A stretch of DNA of 64,000 nucleotides, from IMG/VR virus record IMGVR_UViG_3300028914_000064, positions 1-64,000 of that record. One strand, given 5' to 3'. The stretch's first letter is position 1. Every line of letters starts with the position of its first letter. This document shows positions 47,207 to 57,751 of the stretch, piece by piece. A model generated the notes under the pieces. That model did no database searches. It was not told where the DNA came from and saw only the letters and a program-made list of their open reading frames with translations. Origin of the DNA: a virus (lineage: Duplodnaviria > Caudoviricetes). The translations under genes and the position numbers were made by a program.

Positions 47207-47983
47207 TTATTTTCTGCAATATTTATTTTCGGCAAAGTATAATTCTTTAAGCGAATATATTGTTGTCCCATCATTAACAACATATGCCTGGAAATCCTTA
47301 TTTGAGAACTTCATAACATGACGCAAATTTATAATAAAATCTTTTTCTTTAGAAAACTTCGTAATCCATTTTGCGCAGTTATCACCGCATGTCGATGCAT
47401 TAAAAATCATATCTGGATTGTTATATATCAGCATCAAAGTTTTTGCTCCACCGGAAAGTTTTGTAGGTGGCATAACCCCAAATATAGGACTATTAATACT
47501 ATTTGCGTTTATAACTTCTGACTTGTCCACGCTTTTAATCATTTTCTGCATTTCAGGATTCTCAAACCAAACATTTTCATATTTATTATTAAAGTACATA
47601 TCTGTGTTATATATACTTCCATTGACAGAATCCCCAAAAACAATATTTAACTTAGAAAGTGGAATCCCATTTTTCTTACAATATAATTTAAGTGCACTTA
47701 GTAGATAAGCATATCTCTCATCAGATTGCTTATCAATCAGCCATATTTTAAATTCCTCAATCCCTTTTAGATCAATATAATCGTCCTTATTCTGTGTATT
47801 AAAAATACGAATAATTTTTTTGCAATCTTCGGCTTGTTTTATTTCGTGAAAAAAGAGATTTATTTCATCTGAAAAAGATTTTTTTGATTTACTACTGATA
47901 TTTTGTATGGCTTTCTGTACTATTGACATTAATTTTGGTAGATATATATTCAATTTATCATCCATTGAATTTTTATAATTCAT
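47207..47983 (-). CDS. DUF4869-like protein with N-terminal extension
   Basis: LSGGAKTL...FNASTCGDNCAKW. Confidence 0.65.
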   Translation of the reverse strand: MNYKNSMDDKLNIYLPKLMSIVQKAIQNISSKSKKSFSDEINLFFHEIKQAEDCKKIIRIFNTQNKDDYIDLKGIEEFKIWLIDKQSDERYAYLLSALKLYCKKNGIPLSKLNIVFGDSVNGSIYNTDMYFNNKYENVWFENPEMQKMIKSVDKSEVINANSINSPIFGVMPPTKLSGGAKTLMLIYNNPDMIFNASTCGDNCAKWITKFSKEKDFIINLRHVMKFSNKDFQAYVVNDGTTIYSLKELYFAENKYCRK

Positions 47984-48219
47984 ATAAAATACCTTAATTG
48001 AGGTGACTTTTTTATTTTGAAATTTTATCAGATTCGGAATCTATAGATTTTTCTTTTATTTCATCATTTGCATCAGATCCATCACATTCCTTTTGATGTG
48101 AACATAAGTTACAATTACATTCATATGTATAATTTCCGGTTCTAAAACATCTTTCATTTGCATTCATAATAAATACCTCTAATAAGTTGAGATTGTATTA
48201 TTTATTTTTTTCTTAAATT

Positions 48220-48657
48220 TTAAACATATTCCAGAGCTATATGAATATAATCATGAAGAGTATTTATTTTTTTATTTTCATTGATAATGCCTATTTCGAG
48301 ATTTTTACAATTGTCAAAAGGCATATAATATCTTAAATTAACAGAAACGTCTTTTTTTTGACCTATTTCTAATAACCATTTAGCACAATTTTCTCCACAG
48401 CTGGTAGCATTAAACATAAGATCTGGTCTTTTATATATACAAATAAGTGTTTTTAATCCACCAGATAATCTTTCCGGAGGAATTGGCCCAAGTAGATCAC
48501 TTACAATTAATTGTCCACCTTTATAATGTGATTTGTCTATATCTTCCATCATTTTAGATATAAATGGATCTTCAAACCACTCTTCTTTATAATTAAATAT
48601 AAACCAAGATGGACCATATATTACGTCTTCTTTTTCACCAAAAAATATACTCAACAT
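48220..48657 (-). CDS. DUF4869-like protein
   Basis: MLSIFFG...LSGGLKTL...FNATSCGENCAKW. Confidence 0.65.
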   Translation of the reverse strand: MLSIFFGEKEDVIYGPSWFIFNYKEEWFEDPFISKMMEDIDKSHYKGGQLIVSDLLGPIPPERLSGGLKTLICIYKRPDLMFNATSCGENCAKWLLEIGQKKDVSVNLRYYMPFDNCKNLEIGIINENKKINTLHDYIHIALEYV

Positions 48658-48764
48658 TTTATTTGTCCTTACAAATATATTGTTATTTTTATGAAGGGGC
48701 GGAGCAAAGATTGCTCCGCTTGGGGGAATGTATATTTTATGTTTGTGGGGGACAAACATAAAGC

Positions 48765-48947
48765 CTAAATTGTAATAGTTTTATTCATATTACTATCGAT
48801 CCATTGGATGAATTTATCACGTGGAATAATGTATTGTCTATTTATTTTTATTTTTGGGAAGTCATCTCTTTTTACTAAAGAATAGGTTTGGTTAATTCCT
48901 AGTCCGAGTAGTTTTGAAATTTCTTTAACCGTCATCATTTCTTTCAT
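48765..48947 (-). CDS. Excisionase-like HTH protein
   Basis: MTVKEI..LG.G....Y.L....FP..KI.....IP...F..W. Confidence 0.8.
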   Translation of the reverse strand: MKEMMTVKEISKLLGLGINQTYSLVKRDDFPKIKINRQYIIPRDKFIQWIDSNMNKTITI

Positions 48948-48956
48948 GATTATACC

Positions 48957-49187
48957 TCACATTTGGTTTAAAAATGCTTGTGCTGTATTTCTATTATTGT
49001 ATATATTTCCTTCGTCTTCTATACCAATCATATAAGCACATCCCTTTTCTTCCCAAGCAATAATCATATTAGGATATACTTTTGAAATTTTAAGTTTATA
49101 GACTTTTTTTGTTTTAGTTAATTCATTATGATATGCATAATAAATTTCCATACCAGGACTATATTCTTTAGTATAATCAATATTCAT
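48957..49187 (-). CDS. Hypothetical protein
   Basis: Coupled ORF. Confidence 0.5.
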   Translation of the reverse strand: MNIDYTKEYSPGMEIYYAYHNELTKTKKVYKLKISKVYPNMIIAWEEKGCAYMIGIEDEGNIYNNRNTAQAFLNQM

Positions 49188-49680
49188 GTTGTTTTTCCAA
49201 TTTTGCTGAATAATCTAAAATATTAGAAACATATTTACTGGGATTAGATGCAGATATATTTTTCTCACCATGATAAATTGCAAGAACAACAGCTACATCT
49301 TCATATTCTTCAAACAATTCTGAAAGAATATCGGCTGCGATTAAAATATTATTATAAGGGTTGCAAATATCACTTTCGTCAATATTTAATTTTTGCAATC
49401 TTCTCCTATGACTTGAAAGATGTATTTGCATAAGTCCATAGCAGCCTTCTGAATTTTTTATATCAGCAACATATCTACTTTCATAATATGCGATAGCTTC
49501 TAATAGTTCCGGACTTATATTATATTTTTCGCCTACTAAATTTGCTGCAATCACAACATTATTGGGAATTTCTTCATATTCTGAAGATTGGAAATATTCT
49601 TTTGTAAAATTATCACCTGAAGCATAAGTTGTTGGACACATAAGAATAAAGATTCCCAAGAATACTAAGAATTTTTTCAT
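49177..49680 (-). CDS. Secreted lytic transglycosylase (SLT domain)
   Basis: Signal peptide; AIAYYES, GLMQI and P..NI motifs. Confidence 0.82.
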   Translation of the reverse strand: MKKFLVFLGIFILMCPTTYASGDNFTKEYFQSSEYEEIPNNVVIAANLVGEKYNISPELLEAIAYYESRYVADIKNSEGCYGLMQIHLSSHRRRLQKLNIDESDICNPYNNILIAADILSELFEEYEDVAVVLAIYHGEKNISASNPSKYVSNILDYSAKLEKQHEY

Positions 49681-49861
49681 ATTACTTCCTCCAACTGATA
49701 AATTAATGATAAAGCATTTTAACTTGTGGTGTCAACCAATAATTTTAACACTTATAAAATCATTTATAATCACTTGTTTTTATTGTATTGAAGCGTATTT
49801 TTATAATATAGTATCTCATGGTGATAGTGGTTTTCCTTGAAATAATAGGGAAAGGAACATA

Positions 49862-49975
49862 ATGCCTATGACTGCTTCAGAGTTCATTGCATTCTGCAAT
49901 TTGCTTTTGAATATCATAAGACTGTTGTTCGATATTCTAAAGAATAAAAAGAACAATAAAAAAGACCGCTCCTAA
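49862..49975 (+). CDS. Type I toxin-like peptide (locus 5)
   Basis: MPMTASEFIAFCNLLLNIIRLLFDILKNKKNNKKDRS; RBS; AAAAAAGACCGCT-type hairpin. Confidence 0.5.
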   Translation: MPMTASEFIAFCNLLLNIIRLLFDILKNKKNNKKDRS

Positions 49976-49998
49976 CCTCACAAGTTAAGCGAACTTTT

Positions 49999-52900
49999 TT
50001 ATATATGATATTCTACAATAGAATATTTTGTCACTAATAATTCCTTATCTTCTAATTGTTTCCATTCTTCTTTACCCTTTTCATTTATTATTTTTTTCCA
50101 TTTAAAATCATTAGACCATTCTTTTATACGTAATATCTGGCCTTCTTCAAATGGATTTTTATCAAAAAGTTTTTTACGGAACTTAGCTATTATACTAGAT
50201 CCAGTCTTAAGTTGATATAATGTCACAAGTTTAGACTGCTTTCCTTTAATTACAGAGGCAACATATATGTCTTCAGACAAATTTGGCAAAACAATTTTAA
50301 GATATCCAAGGCACTCCAATTCATTTTTTATTTTGTCGTAAGCAGTAGTTTTGGGCTTTTTACATTTGGCAATAAGATTTCTAATTAATGGAATAGTATC
50401 CTCAATGATAAGCTTCTTATTAGTGGATTTATGAGCACATTTTTCAAAATCGTTATAATCATATGCAGATATCAATATTTCCTCTTTTTTAAATTCTTTT
50501 CTGTTATAAAACTCATCAAATATTTTTGTTTGGTTTAGGAGTTCATTAATATTGCCAAACATAGAAAAATAATCTATTTTGATGAGTATAGTAAGCTGAC
50601 GAGAATCAATACTTGTCTTATTTTTTATATCAGCTAAGACTTCAATAAAGTCAGTATATTTATTATCTTTTAATTGATAAAGTTCTTCTGCTATTATACG
50701 ACTCATATTGATTATAGCCGGTAAAGCAGGGATAATTATATTATTATGAGGATCTGCTTTAAATTTTCTATTATCATTTTTAAATGAATAAACCCCTTCT
50801 GATATTCCAAATCCCTTTTTCATTTCATGTTTAAGAGCCATAACTTTTGATTTATTACCTTTTTCTGTATAATAATTTAATAAAGTTTCATAAAATTCAT
50901 AGGGATAATGTGCTTTTTGCCATGCCTGATAAAGCCCATCAAGTGCTACTGCATATGCATGAGAGCTATTAAATGAATATCCGCAATTATCATCTATGAT
51001 AATCCATACTTTTTCTGCACTTTCTTGAGCTTTATCTTCTGATAAATGCTCTTCTTCTATCAGTTTTTGTTTGAATCCTTTAATAAATTTGGTTTTTAAT
51101 GGTTTTACTTTTTCAGGATGTTTTTTGGCAATCGCTTTAATTGCACTATAACATTCACTCATAGGAAATCCTGCATAATTAAGAACCATCATGCATTGTT
51201 CTTGAAAAAAGATATAGGAAACAGGAAGTTCCTCTGTTCGTAATAGGTTATCTAGAGTTGGTATCCCATAAGAAAAATCTTCTCTGCTTTCGAACTTGGA
51301 ATACATGGATTTAAAACCAGGTCTTATTGCAGCAACAAATGCACTAAGTTCTGATATATTATGTGGCCTATATCTCATGCATTTATTCTTTGTTCCTTCT
51401 TTTTCAACTTGATTTATACCTATTGTCAATCCATTAGCATAAATATCCCATGTCTTTTCGTCATTTTTGGTTTTATCTATTAATGTATTAACATCAAAAT
51501 GATTTATTCCAATACGTTTAAAAACAAGATCTATTAAAAGAACGACATCAACTTTGAGGATGTCATTTTTTAGAAATTTATAATTTTCGGCTATAACTCC
51601 GTCAATTACACATGTAATATATTCTTTTTTAGATGTTCTACTTTTACATTTAATCAGACCTATTTCTTTTCTGATGTCCCCATCATATAAAAGATAGGCG
51701 CTTGGAGCAGGTTTTTTGTCTGAAATAACTCCCCAATAGTCCTTACTTTTTTCTATATATTCAGAGTATTTCTCATCAACAAAATCATAAATATTTATTT
51801 CATCCTTTTCTTCTTCAGGAGCATTATTAACAGCTTCATCATATTGATTTATCTGTTTTGAGATTGTATTTGCGAGTTCAAAATCCATATTTTGAGCTTT
51901 TGCATATATTTTAAATGCAGATAGTTTTTTTAAAGTACCAAAAGCGATCATAGCAACAGCATGATTTTCTCCTAATACTCTTTTTTGCGCTTGTTCAAAT
52001 ATTTCCGGTGTTCCTACATTTAGATCTATGTCTGGAAGAGATCGTGTTTCAAGAATTCTGGTTGTTGAAATAAATCTTTCAGGATACAATTTGATAGCAG
52101 ATTTAAATCTATCTATTTTGGAGAATCCACAAAGAGTATTTGTAAAAAAACCAACAGCTGATCCTCTTCCGGTATCTGTTATAAGTCCGCCATGTTCAAT
52201 ACCATCTTTTACAATAGCATAATCTAAAAGTGGATAATCGCACATACCAGTATCTTTATAAGTCTTAACTTCTGCTTTTACACCTTCATAATATTTTTGA
52301 TAATCTTCTTTAGGAATATTTTTCATATATTCTTTAAACTTTTTGGTAATAAGTCTTGAATACTTTTTATCTTTTTCTTCTTTTGTTAAATCCGGATATA
52401 AAGATGGTAATTTTATATCTTTAGTAAATATACGGACATTATCATAATCACAAAAGTCTAATGCTATGTCAGTATTATCCATTGCATGACAAATAAGCTC
52501 TTGAGAAAAGACTCCTTGAGCTTTAAATCTATTTATTACTTCATCATCATTTGGATAATCTAAAAACCATCCCTCTTCTTCTTCATAATGGACATCTTTT
52601 GCTTCTAGCATATAATCTCGTAGTTTTTCGTCTTTTTTATGGATATAATGAGAATCGAGTCCAACGATAAAATCTAAATTATATTTAGAAGCCAGTTCAA
52701 GCTGATGATAAGACCAATCTTTTTGTTTTTCAGTATTATGATATTGTGCTTCTAAAAAGAAATTTTCTCCAAAATGATCATGAAACTGACTTACAATATC
52801 ATCTATATCTTCATATCCAGAAAATGCGATGCAAGCAGAAGAAACAACAACATCTTTTGGAGGGAGACTAAGAATTAAAGGAATATCGATACGAGGTCTA

Positions 52901-53250
52901 TAGTAGTATCCTGTTATATTAGCCTCTGATAAAATATCATTTATCGCTTCTCGTCCTTGATTTGATTTTGCCCAAATACAAATATGATGATTGGATCTGT
53001 CTTTTTCAAAGCGATCTTTGACCCAATATGCTTCTGCTCCAATTACAGCTTTTAAATTGTACTTTTTTGCAAGTTCATATGTCTGAAAATAATACCCCTG
53101 CCATCCATGTTCGACAGATGACAGAACCTTATGACCTAATTCAACTGCTCTTTTTGCATAGTCTTCATTTGAGACGACTGAGTCCGTAATCATAATATTT
53201 GAATAAGAAGTATGACGATGTAAATTTTGCATTATAATCTCCTCAGGCAA
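49999..53250 (-). CDS. dnaE: DNA polymerase III alpha subunit (family C)
   Basis: PHP domain HRHTSYS and DSHY; GRGSA; PDIDL; RPG; YSFNSSHA.AY. Confidence 0.92.
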   Translation of the reverse strand: MPEEIIMQNLHRHTSYSNIMITDSVVSNEDYAKRAVELGHKVLSSVEHGWQGYYFQTYELAKKYNLKAVIGAEAYWVKDRFEKDRSNHHICIWAKSNQGREAINDILSEANITGYYYRPRIDIPLILSLPPKDVVVSSACIAFSGYEDIDDIVSQFHDHFGENFFLEAQYHNTEKQKDWSYHQLELASKYNLDFIVGLDSHYIHKKDEKLRDYMLEAKDVHYEEEEGWFLDYPNDDEVINRFKAQGVFSQELICHAMDNTDIALDFCDYDNVRIFTKDIKLPSLYPDLTKEEKDKKYSRLITKKFKEYMKNIPKEDYQKYYEGVKAEVKTYKDTGMCDYPLLDYAIVKDGIEHGGLITDTGRGSAVGFFTNTLCGFSKIDRFKSAIKLYPERFISTTRILETRSLPDIDLNVGTPEIFEQAQKRVLGENHAVAMIAFGTLKKLSAFKIYAKAQNMDFELANTISKQINQYDEAVNNAPEEEKDEINIYDFVDEKYSEYIEKSKDYWGVISDKKPAPSAYLLYDGDIRKEIGLIKCKSRTSKKEYITCVIDGVIAENYKFLKNDILKVDVVLLIDLVFKRIGINHFDVNTLIDKTKNDEKTWDIYANGLTIGINQVEKEGTKNKCMRYRPHNISELSAFVAAIRPGFKSMYSKFESREDFSYGIPTLDNLLRTEELPVSYIFFQEQCMMVLNYAGFPMSECYSAIKAIAKKHPEKVKPLKTKFIKGFKQKLIEEEHLSEDKAQESAEKVWIIIDDNCGYSFNSSHAYAVALDGLYQAWQKAHYPYEFYETLLNYYTEKGNKSKVMALKHEMKKGFGISEGVYSFKNDNRKFKADPHNNIIIPALPAIINMSRIIAEELYQLKDNKYTDFIEVLADIKNKTSIDSRQLTILIKIDYFSMFGNINELLNQTKIFDEFYNRKEFKKEEILISAYDYNDFEKCAHKSTNKKLIIEDTIPLIRNLIAKCKKPKTTAYDKIKNELECLGYLKIVLPNLSEDIYVASVIKGKQSKLVTLYQLKTGSSIIAKFRKKLFDKNPFEEGQILRIKEWSNDFKWKKIINEKGKEEWKQLEDKELLVTKYSIVEYHI

Positions 53251-53456
53251 TTTTTATTTTGATTCAAATATTCATCTACTTGATCCATAGAATATTCAAC
53301 AGTACCTTCTCCTCTTCCTAATGTTAGTTCATTATCTGCTTCATCAAAAAGATATTCTTTAAGACATTTGTTATTTTGTGTTTGACAAAATTTTTTTCCT
53401 TTATAAATCCAATACCAATTATCTAATTCACAGCCACACCATTCACAATATTCCAT
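53232..53456 (-). CDS. Small zinc-finger protein
   Basis: CEWCG...FC.....C. Confidence 0.55.
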   Translation of the reverse strand: MEYCEWCGCELDNWYWIYKGKKFCQTQNNKCLKEYLFDEADNELTLGRGEGTVEYSMDQVDEYLNQNKNCLRRL

Positions 53457-53458
53457 TG

Positions 53459-54025
53459 TTATTCTTGCCCTCTTTTGTCAATAAATGTTTTAATCCTAAT
53501 AAAACGGAAACCTTTTGTTTGGGTAAAAGTCCCATTTAAAACTTTATTTATTGCTTTTAAATTGGCTCCGGTTGCTCTTGCTGCGGAAGTTTGAGAATTA
53601 TAAAGTACAGCATTATGATCCTTATCAACTACCAAGATGTCTGTTTTTTGAGATTTAGGAATCAAATTATCTTCATGTGCCATTTGAGAATTTCTTCTTC
53701 TTGTAGTCCATTGAAGATTTTCAGCAGTATTTTCTTCTTTATTATTATTTTTATGATCCACAACATCAAAATGTATTGGATCTGGATTTGGAACAAAAGC
53801 TTTCGCAACAAGAATATTTACTCGTTTTCTTTTTCTAAAAATATTACATGTATAATATCCGTCTCTATCTTTGGCTTGTTTAAGTAGATGTGTTTTTCTT
53901 TTAACTCGGCCTTTGTTGCTTATATAATAATCTTGAGTACCTTCGATTAAGACCCATTTTTCTCCAGGTAAAGTTGGAACTGGCATAAACTTCCTCCTAA
54001 ATTTCTGACGTTGCACCCTCGACAT
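53459..54025 (-). CDS. NUMOD4/HNH homing endonuclease-like protein
   Basis: EKW..I.G...Y.ISNKGRV; LVAKAF.PNP; DHKNNNK..N...NLQW. Confidence 0.85.
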   Translation of the reverse strand: MSRVQRQKFRRKFMPVPTLPGEKWVLIEGTQDYYISNKGRVKRKTHLLKQAKDRDGYYTCNIFRKRKRVNILVAKAFVPNPDPIHFDVVDHKNNNKEENTAENLQWTTRRRNSQMAHEDNLIPKSQKTDILVVDKDHNAVLYNSQTSAARATGANLKAINKVLNGTFTQTKGFRFIRIKTFIDKRGQE

Positions 54026-54176
54026 TTATACTGAAAGATGTTCGCTTAAAGCCTAGTATTCATGCATGTTTGATGCTGTTTTAAATTTCTTGTTATTTAC
54101 TCGCTTTTAATACCCATAATAAAACATGTTAAAAATCTAAAGATAAAATTCACTCAATCATAAAAAACAAAGAATA

Positions 54177-54754
54177 TTAATCTTTAATTTTATCAACATA
54201 ATCCACCAAGTTATCCACATTTCGATAATAATTTTCTCGACCGGGTAACATTTGTCCTAAAATTGCAACGATACAATTTGGAACAAGACCATTTCCCGCT
54301 GCTTTATACAATGCAGAATTAGATGCAACTTTTTTAGCATCTTCAAACTCTTGCTCTGAAAGTCCCATCAAAAGGAATGTTTCTTTTGGAGTTATTTTCC
54401 TTATTCTATAAGCATATCCATTTTTAATAACTTCAACTTTATCCATATTCTTCTCCGTCTTTTTTCTTTCAAGAACCATATTATCTTTAGAGACAGATGT
54501 TAAACAACCACATATGCCACCCTCTATAATCTCAAGTCTTTGTTCGAGTTCTATTCCTGCTCTTCTGTCAGATGGATCATGAGGATTTCTTCCTCTTGAG
54601 GCTACAATATATTTTTCAATAATGATAGGTTGTCTGTTTCCACCACCCAAAACTTGATTGTTGGGCAAAGGCCACTTGGATCGTATGCATTTCCTCCAAA
54701 ATTTCCTCCTTCATTTTCCAAATATATATTACCAAGTCGTTTAATTCCATTCAT
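54177..54754 (-). pseudogene. C5 cytosine methyltransferase C-terminal part (TRD + motifs IX-X), frameshifted near 54655
   Basis: ATG at 54754 reads MNGIKRLGNIY...GLCPTI; continues in another frame GGGNRQPII...RKITPKE..LMG...YKAAGNG. Confidence 0.7.
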
Positions 54755-55845
54755 TTATTGACACCTTTCTCTATCATCACTCTTGCCGGATCTTTATAAG
54801 AAGTAGATGTTACACATGGACATACACCATTTTCATTAAATACCCAATTTCTTTGATGTATTTTCTCATTATCCGCGGGAGTAATGTTTCCCAGTGGACT
54901 ATTTAAAGGTAAATCTTTAAGTCCACCACGTTCTAATAGTTTTAAAATCAAAGCTTTTGCTTTGGGAGTATTAAGATAATATCTTTCATCCACATTATCT
55001 TCTAAATAATCTTTCATACAAGAGTTTAAAGCTATTGGTTCAGGAAAGGTATAATTAGCAGTTTTATCTAAGATACTTAATATAAATGTTCTATTACGTG
55101 ATTGGGGAATGCCATAATCTTTAGCATTCATATCACTCCAAAAAGTTTTATATCCAAGTGAATCAAGAGTTTCCAACCAACTGTTAAACTGAACTAGAAA
55201 TTTTTTACTATGACAAGCTGCCACATTTTCTGCTAATAGAATTTGTGGAAGACAATCCTTATTTTTACATTCTTCTAATATTCTTCCAATCTCCCATAAT
55301 AAAGAACTAGATGTTCCCGAACCTTTTTCATAGCCTTCTTGCTTTCCAGCACAAGATATTGCTTGGCATGGATATGAATAGACAAGAATGTAAGTATAAT
55401 CTTGACGATCATGTATCTCTAGGTCTTCCGCATGGACATTTGTTATCGATCCTATATTGTGAGTTGCAATAAAATTATTATAGGTTTCAATAATCCATTT
55501 GCTTCCCTTTCTTTCTATTTTTTCACGTGTCAAAGGGACTTTACCATCAATAGATACTCCTTTCATAAATAAATAATCTATAAGTTCGTTAAGATTTTTA
55601 TCTTTTGCATAATCAGTATAATCTTTGAAGTGCATAGCATTATATATCTTGACTGCTTGCGCATCCCATTCAGATGTTATGTAATCTTCATAAGGAAAAT
55701 CCAATTTTTTCAATGCGCTAATCTGACAACCAATACCACTAAAACATGATATAAATCTAATAGGTTTGGTTATTTTATATGGTTTATCTTTATTTTCTTG
55801 CATGTAATCATCAAAGGTCATTTGCTCTCCCCACACAATATTCAT
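54751..55845 (-). CDS. C5 cytosine methyltransferase N-terminal part (motifs I-VIII)
   Basis: FSGIG, YPCQ, ENV, PQSRNR. Confidence 0.88.
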   Translation of the reverse strand: MNIVWGEQMTFDDYMQENKDKPYKITKPIRFISCFSGIGCQISALKKLDFPYEDYITSEWDAQAVKIYNAMHFKDYTDYAKDKNLNELIDYLFMKGVSIDGKVPLTREKIERKGSKWIIETYNNFIATHNIGSITNVHAEDLEIHDRQDYTYILVYSYPCQAISCAGKQEGYEKGSGTSSSLLWEIGRILEECKNKDCLPQILLAENVAACHSKKFLVQFNSWLETLDSLGYKTFWSDMNAKDYGIPQSRNRTFILSILDKTANYTFPEPIALNSCMKDYLEDNVDERYYLNTPKAKALILKLLERGGLKDLPLNSPLGNITPADNEKIHQRNWVFNENGVCPCVTSTSYKDPARVMIEKGVNK

Positions 55846-55862
55846 ATCATGCTCCTTTAATT

Positions 55863-56534
55863 TTATTCATTAAGATAATCAATTGTAATATTTGCTATAG
55901 CTTCAATCAGTTTTATAGGATAAGTACTCCTATCTTTTGCTCCTTTTATTGCTTGAGTCCCAAAAGCCCTTGAACCTCTTGGAGTTTTAGGATGGCAACT
56001 ATCCCCATAATTACATGGTGGGATAAGATCGGGATTTGGAATATTGGTCCAAAGATTAGTTGCTTTCATACGTCGCTCATTTAAAGGCAGTTCAGTCATA
56101 TATTTGCAATATGTGACTGTATGTTTGTATTTTTCATATGGTTTCATCCATGTCATTTTTTGAAGACAAGCTCTTGGATTTTCAATCCAAAAAACTTTGG
56201 GATTTAATAATTTGAGTAATTGTAAAACATGCTGATCTGTTTCATCACATTGTTTAGCATAATCTGATATAGGGTCTAGATTCCCAGTCTCCTTATTTTT
56301 TATTCTATGATGACTTATTGCAGCAAGACTAAAAGTCGTACAATCTGGGGCCATCCAGACCACGTCTGGATTTCTAAATTTTTCTGGCAAATCTTCTAAT
56401 TTAAGTTTACCGATATCACAATGCATATCTGCATTAAGTTTTTCATTCCAATCTATTGTAAAAGATTCAAAACCATGTTTGCGAAACTCCGCTGAGATTT
56501 CTCCGGTTCCAGAAAATAATTCAAGTATGGTCAT
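55863..56534 (-). CDS. Small C5-methyltransferase-like protein
   Basis: LELFSGTG; APDC; IENP; TYCKY; KATNLW. Confidence 0.75.
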   Translation of the reverse strand: MTILELFSGTGEISAEFRKHGFESFTIDWNEKLNADMHCDIGKLKLEDLPEKFRNPDVVWMAPDCTTFSLAAISHHRIKNKETGNLDPISDYAKQCDETDQHVLQLLKLLNPKVFWIENPRACLQKMTWMKPYEKYKHTVTYCKYMTELPLNERRMKATNLWTNIPNPDLIPPCNYGDSCHPKTPRGSRAFGTQAIKGAKDRSTYPIKLIEAIANITIDYLNE

Positions 56535-56751
56535 TTTTTTTCCTCCAAATTTATTTGAAAACAATTATCTGGATCATTAATTTTAACTTCTTCAAATTCT
56601 AATGCAGATTCTGCATAGCCTTCATTTATCACTTTATAATAATTATTACAATCTATACAATTCAAAATAATATCATTACTTTTACAAGTTCTGATTTGAC
56701 CACCACATTTAGGGCAGATACCGATTGATCCTTTGTAATAAATGATATACC

Positions 56752-57393
56752 TCATAAATACTCCTTAAGATAAGTTCTTAATGGTTCTTGAATATAACTA
56801 TTTTTGTTTTTTAATTCATATAGATATTCTTTATCTATTTGATATACGAGCCAAAAATTCATATTCGCATATTTACCTTCTTTAAAAAAATAAGATTCAG
56901 GATCTGGAAGGGCTTCTTGTCGAATAAGGCTTATAATATTAGGTTCAAGGGAACTTTTAATGCTTAAATAATCGCAGAAACAGATAAGTGCTGCAGTATT
57001 TTTTTTATAATCAAGATCAGTACATTTTCTAAATAAATCTATCTGATTGGCGATATAATCTTTGAGTTTTTGTTTTACATCATGGGAAACTTTTGTGTTT
57101 CTTATCCAATCAGTTTTATCTATATATCTAAAGCATACAGCTATACGAATACTGTCTCTCATTTTAGGGAAAGGAAATCTTTCTTGAAATTCATTTAATT
57201 TAAAAAAACAATTACATAAATTACATCCTTTAAGTGTTTGCATGACAAGACCACCTGGACAATCATGAGTTATTGTTGTCCAACTCCAAAAATCTAAAGG
57301 TGTTCGAGTAAGTAATTCCTCACAGTAATCATGCATTGATTCAGTTTCAAAAGATTCTAAAAAATTTTTAAAAATCAATAATCTATTTTTCAT
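56752..57393 (-). CDS. Degenerate HD-domain-like protein
   Basis: H..PGGLV..T pattern; canonical HD motif absent. Confidence 0.4.
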   Translation of the reverse strand: MKNRLLIFKNFLESFETESMHDYCEELLTRTPLDFWSWTTITHDCPGGLVMQTLKGCNLCNCFFKLNEFQERFPFPKMRDSIRIAVCFRYIDKTDWIRNTKVSHDVKQKLKDYIANQIDLFRKCTDLDYKKNTAALICFCDYLSIKSSLEPNIISLIRQEALPDPESYFFKEGKYANMNFWLVYQIDKEYLYELKNKNSYIQEPLRTYLKEYL

Positions 57394-57751
57394 TGAATAA
57401 CCAATCCTTTAAGACGTGAATAGAATCAACAACTTCAGAAGAGATGTTTGGGCATATGGTCATATAATTACAAATTTCTGCAAGACCTTTTATCGCTTCC
57501 GCTTTTTGTTCAAGTATCTGAATCTCTTTTTTCATTTTTTAATTCCTCTATAAATTCATCAAGAATCCGATATATCTCTATGATGTCATCAAGTTTATAT
57601 CCGTCTCGATAATTATAATCTGCATAATAATATGCTAATTTGATTTTTTTATTTTCGAGATTTTGAGCTAAGACAGTAACTTCTCCATATTTGGTAAAAT
57701 CTATAACATAATGAATATTATTTTCAACTGCATCATCTTTAAATAGTTTCA

